A stretch of DNA of 64,000 nucleotides from Octopus sinensis. Its lineage: Eukaryota. Below are positions 14,140 through 27,698 of the stretch, piece by piece. Numbering within the stretch: position 1 is the first letter of the stretch; every line of letters begins with the position of its first letter. A program made the translations under genes and the position numbers. The stretch spans positions 67,766,001-67,830,000 of the forward strand of contig NC_043007.1 of assembly GCF_006345805.1 (NCBI RefSeq), written 5' to 3'. The notes beneath the pieces are model-generated. The model saw only the letters and a list, made by a program, of their open reading frames with translations. It was not told the DNA's origin and searched no databases.

Positions 14140-14352
14140 GTGTGTTGAAAAGTTCCTGGCTTTAAGGGTATTGCAAAAGGCCTGGTTGGAGGCCCAACCT
14201 TCCAAGTTGTTTTACACAGCTTAGAAAACTGAAGGACCACTGCTATAAGCGTGTGAATCTGAGAGGGGAATATGTTGTATAAAATCATAATTAACTGATC
14301 CTCTTGTATTTTCTTTTACCCAAAGTCAGGAACTTTTCAGCACCCCTCATAT
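14140..14352. mobile_element. mariner-derived MITE
   Basis: Ends gttgaaaagttcctggcttt and aaagtcaggaacttttcagcacccctcata are inverted repeats. The interior resembles the mariner C-terminal K-C-V-x-L-x-G-x-Y-V coding region. Confidence 0.7.
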
Positions 14353-14353
14353 A

Positions 14354-14783
14354 TATAGCAAATGAAAGACAGAAGATGGAATATATGAGAATTTATATTA
14401 ATCATGACAATTGTTTCAACACATCTAACATCGATTCCTCTTGGGTGGGATACTCAGATGTATCTCATCAGGTGATAAATAAATACAACTTGTTAAAATG
14501 ACTGTTCCGAAATCTAACTTTCCATTTTGTAAAGAGAAAGCAGTCAGATGGACGAAATATCTTCATTTATACAGAAGATCAAAAATTAAATCACAGATAG
14601 CAAAAAGAGAAGCGAACACGCAATTATTTATTTATCACCTGACGAGATACATCTGCACCACCGGATGCTCCTGAACCAGTGGTTGAGTGTCCCACCCAAG
14701 AGGAATCGATGCTAGATGTGTCGAAACAATTGTTGTGAATAATATAAATTCTCGTATATTTCATCTGTCTTTCATTTGCTATA
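14354..14783. mobile_element. foldback/palindromic MITE with arms of about 130-160 bp
   Basis: tatagcaaatgaaagacaga...ggtgataaataaa mirrored by tttatttatcacc...tctgtctttcatttgctata; TA flanks. Confidence 0.85.
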
Positions 14784-16392
14784 TACCTAATGATCACTGA
14801 AAGTGGCCGTGCTTTACTAGTAAGCTACCAAGTGTAAACCATTCGTTTTATTATCCATAAATATATATATATATGCACATACTTATACTGATGGGGAACA
14901 GCTCATCTTTCAAGTATGTCATGACTAGAAGTCATTAAAAAAGCATTTTCTATTATTCTAATGTTTATGTATTTCACTTCATACAGTATGACTGGGAACA
15001 TATACACCATGAGAATCGGGGAGGAATAGTAACCCTAAATAAGAGAGCCATCTAATTATAATTATTCCACACCGCAAAAAAAAAAAGTGCATGTTTATCT
15101 AAGCTAGTCACAATGTGCATATGCATATTTATGCATACATGACAGCTTGTATGTGTGTATGTATGCATACATGTCTGGAAGCAGCTTATTCTTATCTATC
15201 GAAAAATAGCCACTTCTACATTCCAGTTCTTAAACCTGCAACAATAAAATAATGATCTTGTGTCTGTACTAAAAGTAGCATCTAACAAAAAGATATCTTT
15301 GCTTTAATTAGATCTATAATACAACTGTAATGGTCCTTGACAAGGTCGAGCAGGACAGGATGTGGCCAAGTATTTAATACAACACTACCAATTTACTAGG
15401 TTTGTGAATGGACATCAGCAATTATTGCTATGGAGAGCTGGGCTTAAGAAGCAACCCAGCAGTCAGGTTGTAATCAGCAATAATTACTATGACTAAACTA
15501 ATCCCTGCTGGAGAAATATGCCGAGACACTGTAACAACAGCTACTTCTTATATTGCTGCTCAACATTTAAGTATGCAGTTGTAGTTTTGCGAAATAATAA
15601 TAATAATAATGATAAGTTCTAATTTTGGCACAAGGCTAACAATTTTAGGGGAAGGTGTTAATTGATTACATCAACCTCAGTGTTTGACTGGTACTTATTT
15701 TTATCAACCTTGAATGGATGAAAGGCAAAGTTGACTTTGGCAAAATCTGAACTCAGAATGTGAAGAATTAGCAGAAATGCCACAAAGCACTTTCTCTAAT
15801 GCACTAATGATTTTACAAGCTTGCTGCTTTAATAATGATAATGGTTTCAAATTTTGGTACAAGGCTAGCAGTTTTTTGTGGAAGGGGTAGGTCAATTACA
15901 TTGACCCCAGCATTCAACTGGTACTTGTTTATCAACCCCGAAAGGATGAAAGGCAAAGTCAACTTTTACGGAATTTGAACTCAGAATGTAAAGATGGGCA
16001 AAAAGTTACTTAGCATTTTGCCCAGCATGTTAACGATTCTGCCAGTTCATTACCTTAGTAATAGTAGTAGTAGTAATGATAATAATAATTTCTAATTTTG
16101 GCACAAAGCAAACAATTTTGAGGTAACTGGGTTAGTTAATTGCATTAGCCACAATGCTCCATTCTTTGTATTCTGAGTTCATATCCCACCATGGCTTTTA
16201 TGGGTGGTAGACTTGATTCATTGCTTGGTTTAATACCACTACTTGGCATCTTTGATGCCTTTAGCAGAACCCACTCTGTTGCAAGCATTTGGACCAGGTT
16301 TCCAGTTTGAGGATAACTCCCACTCTTCTTCTTAAGTTTTGGAGCCCTGTAAAGGATCATGGGCATTGTTTTCCCTCCCAACTAAATATATA

Positions 16393-16450
<58 letters not shown>

Positions 16451-16627
16451 GAAAGGCATGGCAATCTCACTAGTATCTCACTTATTATCTGGGAATGCTA
16501 CCCGCAAAACAAGGCTGTCAAATCCAAGGGAAGATCTCATTTGCTTCAATCTATGAAATCAGAGCTAACTGTTGGTCCCTAAGCCCCTTGGAATTTAGAA
16601 TGTACAATCTATGACAATCCTGTTTAA

Positions 16628-17713
16628 CCCTTTCGTTACCAAACCGCCCAAAGCCGCCCGAAAAAAATTTTGGTTTATGAGACCAAACCGCCCAAAGCCG
16701 TCCGAATTTACCTATTCATATTTAAATGAGAATATCAGAGCAAATCTCTTCAGTACATTCGTGAAAACACGTATTATACTTCGTAAACAGTTCAACTACA
16801 GTTTTGTACAATAATCGAAGTGTAATTTTAATTCCGTGAATTTTGGGAGATTTTTTTCCGAAATTTGTTCCTATTGTGTTTTCAAAATTTGTAATTCTGA
16901 CAAAAAATGGATACGAATTTCATTATATCAAGCAGCGAGTCAGAATTCGAAGGATTTTCTACTGAAGACCTTCATAAATCTAACTCTATGACTGAAAAAA
17001 AAAAGCATGTGGTATTTGATAATGAATCTGATGTTTCATTTTCCGAAAGTGAAAACAGTGAATCTGAGATCTCCGATAGCGATAAAGAAAACGAATTGGC
17101 ACCTGAATGGAGTGAAAATTTAAAAACTGTTTCTTTCGGTGATTTTTCTGAAGAAACTGGACCAAGCCACAGACTTTCCCAGAAGGGTAAAGCCTTAGAC
17201 TATTTCTATTTACTTTTTCGAATGAGCCTATTTGAAATCATTACGGCAGAAACGAACCGTTACGCTAAACGTAAACAAAGCGAAAGAAAGGATAGTTTGT
17301 GGTTTCCCACAACCTTAAATGAAATTAAGACTATTTTGCCATAAATATTATTATGGGTATCAGAAAGTTACCCAGAATAACTAATTCTATAGTAAAATTT
17401 TGTTGTATATCCAATTGAATATTAGCTAATAACCCATTTTCTATAGCGATGTTTGAACAAAATTTTAATAATTTTATATTTTGTGGAATTTACCTGTATC
17501 TACCTGCAATTAGAGTCACTTTGTGACAAAAATTATAGTATAGAATTGGTTGAGAATATTTCATTAAATTATTTTCCAAAAATCAGATTAATATATCGAT
17601 AAATAAAAAAGTTATAGTTGTTTAATGAAACCAGACTAAATTTATGATTACGTTAGAAATTAATTGAAACACATAAGAGGTGTAATTTGGTCAGAAATAT
17701 AGTAACGAAAGGG
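16628..17713 (+). mobile_element. piggyBac internal-deletion derivative (1086 bp)
   Basis: TTAA at 16624-27 and 17714-17; 12-bp TIR CCCTTTCGTTAC. ORF 16907..17344 has an acidic N-terminus and the piggyBac motif YFxLxF...ETNRYA...W.PTT..EIK, then frameshifts into INIIMGIRKLPRI. Confidence 0.92.
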
Positions 17714-17770
17714 TTAAGTTGCATTTATTTTCTAAGGGTGAAACCTAAAACATTTTAAAAAGGTACATAC

Positions 17771-17980
17771 TTTGATATCTGCTCCTGAAAGATCGTCTTT
17801 CGCCATCACATAGTCGTCAATATTGACATCACCAGCCAGGGTCATACGGCTTGTGTGAATAGTGAAGATACGTCTCTTGGTTTTCTCATCAGGTAGTGGG
17901 AATTCAATTTTTCTGTCTATACGACCAGGGCGAATTAATGCAGGATCTAGGGTCTCTATACGATTTGTAGCCATAATAAC
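17771..17980 (-). CDS. PSMC1: PSMC1 exon 11 ([27 protein letters not shown]...GADIK), SRH/Arg finger
   Basis: ctgcag|GTT...AAA|gtatgt, 210 nt. Confidence 0.98.
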
Positions 17981-18336
17981 CTGCAGGCAAAAACAAGACA
18001 TTGATGAGTGAAAGGAAGAAAATTGAAAACACACAAAATATTAAATAAGAGACATTATATTCCAGAGTAAAAATAGGACTTTATTGAAAGAATAAGAATA
18101 ACATAAGACAGAATGATTTCTGTTGCCTACGCTGATGCTAACCCATACCTGTTTTTCAGGTAAGGGATCACTTATCTCACACAGTTTTGAAGGCAATGAA
18201 GTGAGTGAATAATTCATTAACAGAAGTGCTAACAACCACACTGCTTCAATGTCGTAACTTATAAAAAAGAAAACACAAATGGAAACAAACACGCACATAC
18301 ATACAAACTAGACAATGTACTTCCATACACTCTCTA

Positions 18337-18702
<366 letters not shown>

Positions 18703-20670
18703 TCATTTTACAAACACATTAAGATGGGGGAAATAAATAACAATAAACAAAACAGAAGTGGCAACAATGAAAATGATGACAACAGTACGGGATTTTATTG
18801 AACACATCTCATTTTTACAAATTTCTGACTATGCATGTAGCATCGGAAGGTGTGTGGCACAATGGTTAGGGTGCTGAGTTTATGATATTAAGGTCATAGG
18901 TTTGATTCTTAGAGTGGACAGCATGTGGCATTTCATTTCATATTACTCCTGTCTACTCAACTAAAATGAGTACCAGCCAAGGGCTAGTTACACCAGCCCT
19001 CAGTCCTTCCAGCTATCACATTCTCAATGTTCTGCTGAGTCAAAGATACGAGTGCTGAAAGGATGTCTATGTCTGCTCACAGCTCTAATTGATACTTTAA
19101 ACAATTAGTGACAGTATGGTACAAGCTACTAAGTTATCCATGATTCTGAATGATGGTCATGGTTATATAATGTGAGTCTTTATTTTTGTATGGTGTACTT
19201 CGAGCACATTAGTCTAGTATTTTCCATCCCTCTTCAATCAATATTGATGGGAGTATTTTGAACATAATACTGTAAACTAACAAAACACTATCTAGTGTAC
19301 TGTATGGATTTTAATATATGTTAATGTTTAAATATTTTGAAGATGGTATTTTATTAAAAAAGAAAAAAAATGTGAATGGAGACATCTTATGTTCTAGCAC
19401 TTGCAACATCTTTTACATTATATGCACCAAAAAAAAAAAAAAAAAGTACCCAGTATACTCTGTTGACAGGTTGGCATTAGAAAAAGCAGCCAACTGTAGA
19501 GAGCATACAGAGGACAACAATGCAGTCCTCTTTCTTGTCAGATCCAGCTGAACTGTTTAATTCAAGTTCAGCATGGAAGATGGACTTTAAACGATGATGT
19601 TCCCACAAGCAACTACAGTAACAGTACAATGTCTATTTACGCTTTTTTTACTATCCATTGTGTTATATTAACCTGTTTGTTACCATATTTCTGTCCACAT
19701 ATGCTGTCTTTGTTTCGATTAAATTTTTAAATAATGAAGAATTTAGTAAAGTAACTTTCTCATTATTAAGCTGGGGTCTGGAACAATTTAGCATGAAATT
19801 ATGATGGAAGATTATAATTTAGACTACTTTAGCCCTTTAGCATTCATATTACTGTCAAATGTAAAGCATATTTATTCACATTATTTTGAATTAATCATGC
19901 ATTATTTTGTAGCTTCAAGATTTCAATGATGTGATTATTGAATGACATTGTTAGGTAGGTGTGAAAGATTAGATGTGGCCAGTTTTAACATAAAACAGAT
20001 AGAATATTTTGGGCTGGATATGGCCAGTTTAAATGCATAAGGGTTAAAACAATAAATTTATGTTGCAGAACCTGGGGCGGTCTCAGGCAGGTTGGTATCA
20101 AAAAGGTAAAAAGGTTAATAATCTGCTGGTCAGTATTGCTCTAGTGAAGCCAGTAGATTACTGAGAGAAAGGAATTGAAAAAAATGAATTTAGCCTATTC
20201 TCCCCACTTCTGTGGAATACTGCAAATTGGTTCTTGAACCCTCTAAGCTTGTCTTTACTCTGAAGGAAAGAGAACAATACTTCTTGTCCAAGAGCACACG
20301 ATACAAAGCTAGGGATAACCGCTATCTCATTGCTAAACCTGTACCTCAATATAGCAACTAAATCTTGAACAACCAACTTTTATTTTAGTGCTGTTTAAAA
20401 TAGGAATCACAAGCTCACAATAAAAATGGAACAATCACAGCTAGTTGATAATATTTAGGATACCCTGCTTTAATATACATATTTCCAAATTGTTGATGCG
20501 AAGAGTGTGTTTGCAATCATGCAATCATTCCAACTAAGAACTTTGTAGCAGACAAAAGTTTCCACAATATGAATGAAATCTTAAACTTATAAAACTACGG
20601 ATGTGCATGCATATATATGACAGAATGTTAACCAGAAATGATTCTTTCCACTCTGCAATGAAATGACCTA

Positions 20671-20772
<102 letters not shown>

Positions 20773-20919
20773 CTAGAAGGAAAGAAGAAAACAAAGAAAA
20801 GCATAATTACTGATAGGATAAAACTTCAAAAATTTCACCAAGTTATTTCATTCGACTTGTTCCTTCATTGACATTTATCCTGCAGGCTTAGGTGGCCACT
20901 TCAAGCAAAACTGTACCTC

Positions 20920-21400
20920 GCACCATCCGTTCGTGTCCGTTGCCAGCCTCGCCTGGCCCCCGTGCCGGTGGCACATAAAATCACCATCCGTTCATGGCTG
21001 TTGCCAGCCTCGCCTGGCCCCCGTGCCGGTGGCACGTAAAAAGCACCATCCGTTCATGGCCGTTGCCAGCGCTGCCCCGACTGGCCTCTGTGCCGGTGGC
21101 ACATAAAAGCACCATCTGTTCGTGTCCGTTGCTAGCCTCGCCTGGCCCCCGTGCCGGTGGCACGTAAAAGCACCATCCGTTCGTGGCCGTTTGCCAGCAC
21201 CGTCTGGCGCCTGTGCGGGTGGCACGTAAAAAGCACTCACTACACTTGCGGAGTGGTTGGCGTTAGGAAGGGCATCCAGCCGTAGAAACACTGCCAGATC
21301 AGACTGGGCCTGATGCAGCCTTCTGGCTTCACAGACCTCAGTTGAACCGTCCAACCCATGCTAGCATGGAAAACGGACGCTAAATGATGATGATGATGAT
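20920..21400 (+). mobile_element. RTE-tailed retroposon family C with GC-rich ~61-bp tandem units and (GAT)n tail
   Basis: Ends ggaaaacggacgctaaatgatgatgatg. Other copies at 560-715, 7400-7540(-), 23092-23254(-), 28560-28760(-), 32370-32630(-) and 32875-33400(-). Confidence 0.75.
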
Positions 21401-22423
21401 GTCTGTCATTGATGGCCATATTAGATCCACATGCATCAGTGTAGAGTTTGCAGATATTTGGTCCAGTGATCAAATGGAAATCTTCCTTGATGACTCCCAA
21501 TCAGCCATGCACCTATGTGAACTGGTTACCATAGTATACCAACATATATGGCCAATGCCTATATTTACAAGCCACTTCATGTAATACCCAATACAAACCA
21601 GTTATCCTTGTGTTTAAGTGGGGTTTAAACCAGAAATACATAACAGATGTTAAATGATGATGATGATTAGTGCTTTTTTTTTGTATGAAAATATGAACAA
21701 CACTCCACGAGGGTGTATTGTTCTGGCAATCACGAGGATAAAGGAGATGGTGTTTATAGAATAAGTTGCATCTTGTTAATTCAATTTTGTGTGTATGTGT
21801 AAATACACAACTGATGTGATACAAAACCATTCATAACACGACTGATTGTATTTCCTGGTTATTATCTCCCTTTAAAAGATGATAATTACTCTCTTCGAAG
21901 GTATTAAAAGATGCATGGGCACATTAGACACATTCCAATTTCAACAGTGCATATTTAGGGGGGGGGGAAGAAGAAGTTTTTAGGGCATTAAAGCATGTAC
22001 TATAGACCCAGGATGATATTTTGAGAAATTTTTTGACAAAAAAACTGTCTTATATACCATTAAAATACTGTATATTTATTGTTATGAAGCAGGAAATTTT
22101 TCTCAGACATATTTATTTGGTAAATAGAACTTCTACACAGTTTACACACAGGAAGGAAATAATGCTGCTTGAACACCACTTCAGAGTCAAGTATACATAT
22201 CAGCTTGAATACTTTATCAGAGTACATGTGACATTTGAAAACTTGTGAAAAAGTTGGTCAACTGGTTCTCCAGTAGTTAATAACTCTGTAAATTTGACAC
22301 AGTGAGCTAATTAGAAGGCACAATACTGTTGAAATCATCATGTATACACATGAGTGTGTGTGTGTGTCTGTTTATCAATAAGGAATACAAAAATCTTAAA
22401 TGTTCTCTAATTAAAAAAATTTA

Positions 22424-22603
<180 letters not shown>

Positions 22604-23522
22604 CTAGTGCCAAAAGGAGGAAATATATATTAGCAAGAATAAAAATGTTCTATCTTAAACTTAATCCAAGGCATGACTTTGTGGTTAACCCTTTAGCATT
22701 CAGATTAATCTGTCAAATGCAATGCTTATTTATTCATTATTTTCAGTTAGTCATTCATTATATTATCATCATCATCATTTAACGTCCGCTTTCCATGCTT
22801 GTAATGGGTTGGACGATTTTGACTGAGAGCTGGTGAAACCACTCCGAGAGTGTAGTCAATGTGTTTATTTTTTGCATGACATTACAGGACAGGTGTGAGA
22901 GGCCAGATCTGGCTGATTTGAACATAGTACAGATAGAATATTTGGGCTGGACACAGCCGGTTTAAAACATTCACATTACAACCATGTGAACTAAGGTGCA
23001 GTCCTACTGTGTGGCATCTTGGGCAATTGTCTTCCCAGGGCTGACCAAAGTCTTGTGAGTAGATCTGGTAGATGAAAACTGAAAGAAGCTTGTTTTCCAT
23101 GCTAGCATGGGTTGGATGGTTCAACCGGGTTCTGGGAAGCCAGGAGGCCGTGCCAGGCTCCAGTCTGATCTGGCAGTGTTTCTACAGCTGGATGCCCTTC
23201 CTAATGCCAACCACTCCGTGAGTGTAGTGGGTGCTTTTTAAGTGCCACCGGTACAGATATATGTATATATATATATATATGTATGTGGGGATATATTACC
23301 TTGCTTGGAAACGGGTGAGGGCTTGGAGTAAGAAAGAAGGCATACGACTGTAGAAAATTTGCCATAAAAATTGTGACCCATGCAAGCATGAGAGAGTGGA
23401 CATTGATAATATTGTAGATTTTCCTATGGTTGTAGCAAAGATAGCAGAAATAATATTTGTGGGAAAATAGAAGAAAACAGTTAATACAAAGACATTAATA
23501 ATAGTTCATGTTAGATACATAC

Positions 23523-23619
23523 CTGTTCCTGGAGCTCCATAAAGAATGACACCTTTTGGAGGTTTAATTCCCATATCTTCATAATATTCAGGATGTGTTA
23601 ATGGTAACTCCACAGATTC
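23523..23619 (-). CDS. PSMC1: PSMC1 exon 7 ([32 protein letters not shown]), first half of Walker A
   Basis: ctctccag|GAA...ACA G|gtatgt, 97 nt. Confidence 0.98.
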
Positions 23620-25132
23620 CTGGAGAGAATGAAATAATAATTAAAAAATATGAGAGAGAGAGAGAGAGAGAATGCAGGGCCTTGCAACAAGCCCCATGAA
23701 AGCTAGAATTCAAATCTAACAAAGTTAGAGACTTTGTGTTAACACATAAGTCATTAGATCAATGTATTCTTGCCTATTTGCTACAGAAATATTATCAATT
23801 AGATCAGTAAACTTCTAACAATAGTGAAAGTTCTGTTAGAAGCTGATGTGATTCAACTTAATAGCATTATACCAGTAAAATAGATACACAATCAAACATT
23901 TCACATTTTTTTAAACTTGTGTAAAAATGAAACATTCTGATAAAATTTTTTATTAGCAAATCGTATGTAAAAGAGTCTATAACAGAATACCACTACATAT
24001 TCTTCAATCATAAACAATATTGATCACTTATTGCAGCACAAAGCCATAAATTTTTCCAGTGAAAAGACTGAGGTTCTGTGACATTCATGCCTTGAAAAAG
24101 GGTACAGCAATGAGAAGAAAGTGTAAGAAATTCAATCAAGGACTGACACAGCTTGAGACAATGGTTCAACAAGAGTTTACCACTTGCCCTAATTCCTTGC
24201 AATAAAGCATACACATCCTATAATAGCAGACACACCCTCACACCATTTTAGCAATATTATTAAGAAAGAAATTGTCTATAAATTTTAAACACAAAAACAT
24301 TTTAACCTATTTGATATCATCCAATCCAAGGTCATATCTGGTTCTAAGATACAAACTTTCTGTTAAAGTGAGCTAAATTAAAGCTTCCCATCAAAATTTC
24401 ATTTTTAGTCTATATTTGAAATACCAACTTAATAATGACAGTTATTTTACTAAGTTCTTCATTATTTTCAAAATTAATTTCAACAAAGGCAGTGTATTTC
24501 AATAGAAATATGATACAGGACGGCGAGCAGGCAGAAACGTTAGCCTGCCGGGCGAAATGCTTAGCGGCATTTCGTCTGCCATTATGTTCTGAGTTCAAAT
24601 TCCGCCATGGTTGACTTTGCCTTTCATCCTTTCGGGGTCGATAAATTAAGTACCAGTTACGCACTGGAGTCGATGTAATCGACTTACTCCCTTTGTCTGT
24701 CCTTGATTGTTCCCCCTCTGTTTAGCCCCTTGTCAGCAATAAAGAAATAAGAAATATGATAATAAAAGGGTTAAGAAATATAAATAAAATTGCCTCATTC
24801 CAAGGAAAAGTTCCAACTCCATACACAATGAAAAAGCAACCATAGACCCTTGAATTATGATGGTGATGTAAATAGGTCATTTGTGTCTAAGCTGGCAGAA
24901 TTATTAGCACACTGGGAAGAATGCTTAGTGGCATTTCATCTGTCTTTATGTTCAGAGTTCAAATTCTGCCAAGAATGATTTTGCCTTTCATGGTTGATAA
25001 ATTAAGTACCAGTTGAGGACTGGGGTTGATACAATTGACTTGCGCCCTCTTCCAAAATTGCTGACCTTGTACCACGATTTGAAACCAATATGTTGTTTGT
25101 GTTTGAATCCTCAAAAATATTATCATAATTAC

Positions 25133-25261
25133 TTTGATTTCTTGGATTTGTGTATCAAGTCCACCAATATCAGCATAAGTTTCCTGTGGGGCCTTTTCTA
25201 ATTTCATAACTGTAACCATTGGATCAGTATCATCTGAAAGCACTCCAACCACAGCATGGAC
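25133..25261 (-). CDS. PSMC1: PSMC1 exon 6 ([43 protein letters not shown])
   Basis: tttcag|GTC...AAA|gtaatt, 129 nt. Confidence 0.98.
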
Positions 25262-26878
25262 CTGAAAAGAGTCAGTAAGAAATAATATTGCATGTTACTT
25301 TGAGTTAGAAGAAAAGAAACCCAAATTTTATGTTGTGCATGTCTAATAATAATATTTAAGGAAAAACAAAAGATGAAAAATGCTATACGAAAATTAAAAT
25401 TTACATAACATTATGACCTGAATTATATAGTTTACTAGAAAAAAATTCCTATAAAAATATCGAACAATAGCTTTTACACTTGTGTTTTATATATTGAAAA
25501 GAAAAAATTAATTTATTCCACATGATCCATTTCCCAGGCTATTTTTTAATAAGATCCATTACTCACATTCTTTTACCATTGCCCATTTCTATTACTATGC
25601 ATCAACTGATTTCACTTTCACCAACAAATATGCAGCTACCATTACTGTTTTCCTTCACTCCCCACTATTATTGTCTCTTTTCCATTACTCCATCCAGCAC
25701 TGTATCTCTTCTATTACTCCCTTCTCTACATCCTCCACAACCCAATCACTCTATTTCTATCATACTCTAATGCCCTTCATCAACTCATCCTGATCTGCTC
25801 CCTCTTCTATTCACAATCTTGGTCATGTTGCTTCAAAGAAACAGAGACATCATAAATTAATGAGGACAAAGCAACCTCACTAGTGCTGGTGCCACAATAA
25901 AATGTATCTAGTACACTTCATAAAGTGGTTGACAAGCAGAGTCAATGTAGGTCTGAGAGGACCTTTAAGTCTGGCCACGAACATGACCAGCCCTCTAATA
26001 TTGGTGCCCATTCTGTAAAGAGGTTGGTGTTAGGAAATGCATTCAGTTCTGAAAAACTAGTCATAAATGGAACATAAGCACAAGATATCATCCTCTGACT
26101 TGCCTAGAAGTATAGTAGTAACAGTGAATAGGACCAGACTGACTGTGGCGACTTGTTCACCTCTCGCCAGTATGGAATGTAGATGTAAAATGACTATGCT
26201 GCTGCTGAAGATGAATCTTTCTGATAGCTATCATAAAATAACCACAGTGGTATTGCTTACAACCTAACATCTGACCCTTTGAGATTGGAAACCCCTAAAT
26301 CTGACTATTTTGATTTTCTTAGGTGGATTGAAACTTCACATAGTCAAATTTAAAGTTATCAGAGAAACAGCTCAAGTATTTAAACAGGTTGTTTTATACC
26401 CATTTTCCAGATACAGGCCTGGCCATGCGGTTAAAAAGTTTGCTTTGCAAAGTGTCCCATTGAGTAGCATCTTGTATGAAGTGTTTTTTTTTATAACCCA
26501 AAGTCAACCAATGACTAGTGAGAAAATTTGGCAGACAGAAACTGTGATGAATCTTATTGTACATACACGTTTGTATGCATGTGTATGTGACTCACCACAT
26601 AACTGGTGTTGTTTGTTTATGTCCCTGTAACTTAGTAAGTAGTGACTAACAGAATAAGTACTAGTCTTTTGCCTTTAGTACTGAGTCTTCTATGGTTGAG
26701 ACAATTTATAATGGGTTAGTTCATCTGGGCCTTTGTAAGGACCATATATAGTAGCTGTTACCGTTTAGTTTCAAGTAGGCCTTGATCATGCAGAGCTAGG
26801 ATGGAAAGCCCCCAAATTAAAAAAATTACTGGGGTTGACATGATTGATTAAAATCCCTGAAGGTGGTGCCCCAGTCTA

Positions 26879-27217
<339 letters not shown>

Positions 27218-27401
27218 TTAAGTGTCTGTATTTCTGAGATCACTTGTTACAGGGTAAATCTTTCAGGTTCTGTTTTTCTAACACTATCTTTTGATCAGTA
27301 AATAGTTAAAAGATGCTATTTATACATGGCCAGCTCCTGTCAAACCCAAGCCAGCATGGAAAATGGACATTAAATGATGAAAAGAATTATTGTTTTTATC
27401 A

Positions 27402-27698
<297 letters not shown>

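Noticed and set aside
15400-15466. Plus-strand mini-exon candidate (FVNGHQQLLLWRAGLKKQPSSQ) in intron 11
   Set aside because: Weak donor (GTTGTA) and phase-incompatible with the 10.8 kb candidate.
20920-21235. Repeat array resembling a CRISPR locus
   Set aside because: Units are contiguous homologous repeats without unique spacers, in a eukaryotic intron with no cas genes.
23523-23545. Walker A GAPGTGKT differs from human GPPGTGKT
   Set aside because: The second position varies among Rpt2 orthologues (yeast also has Ala, as recalled); not unusual.
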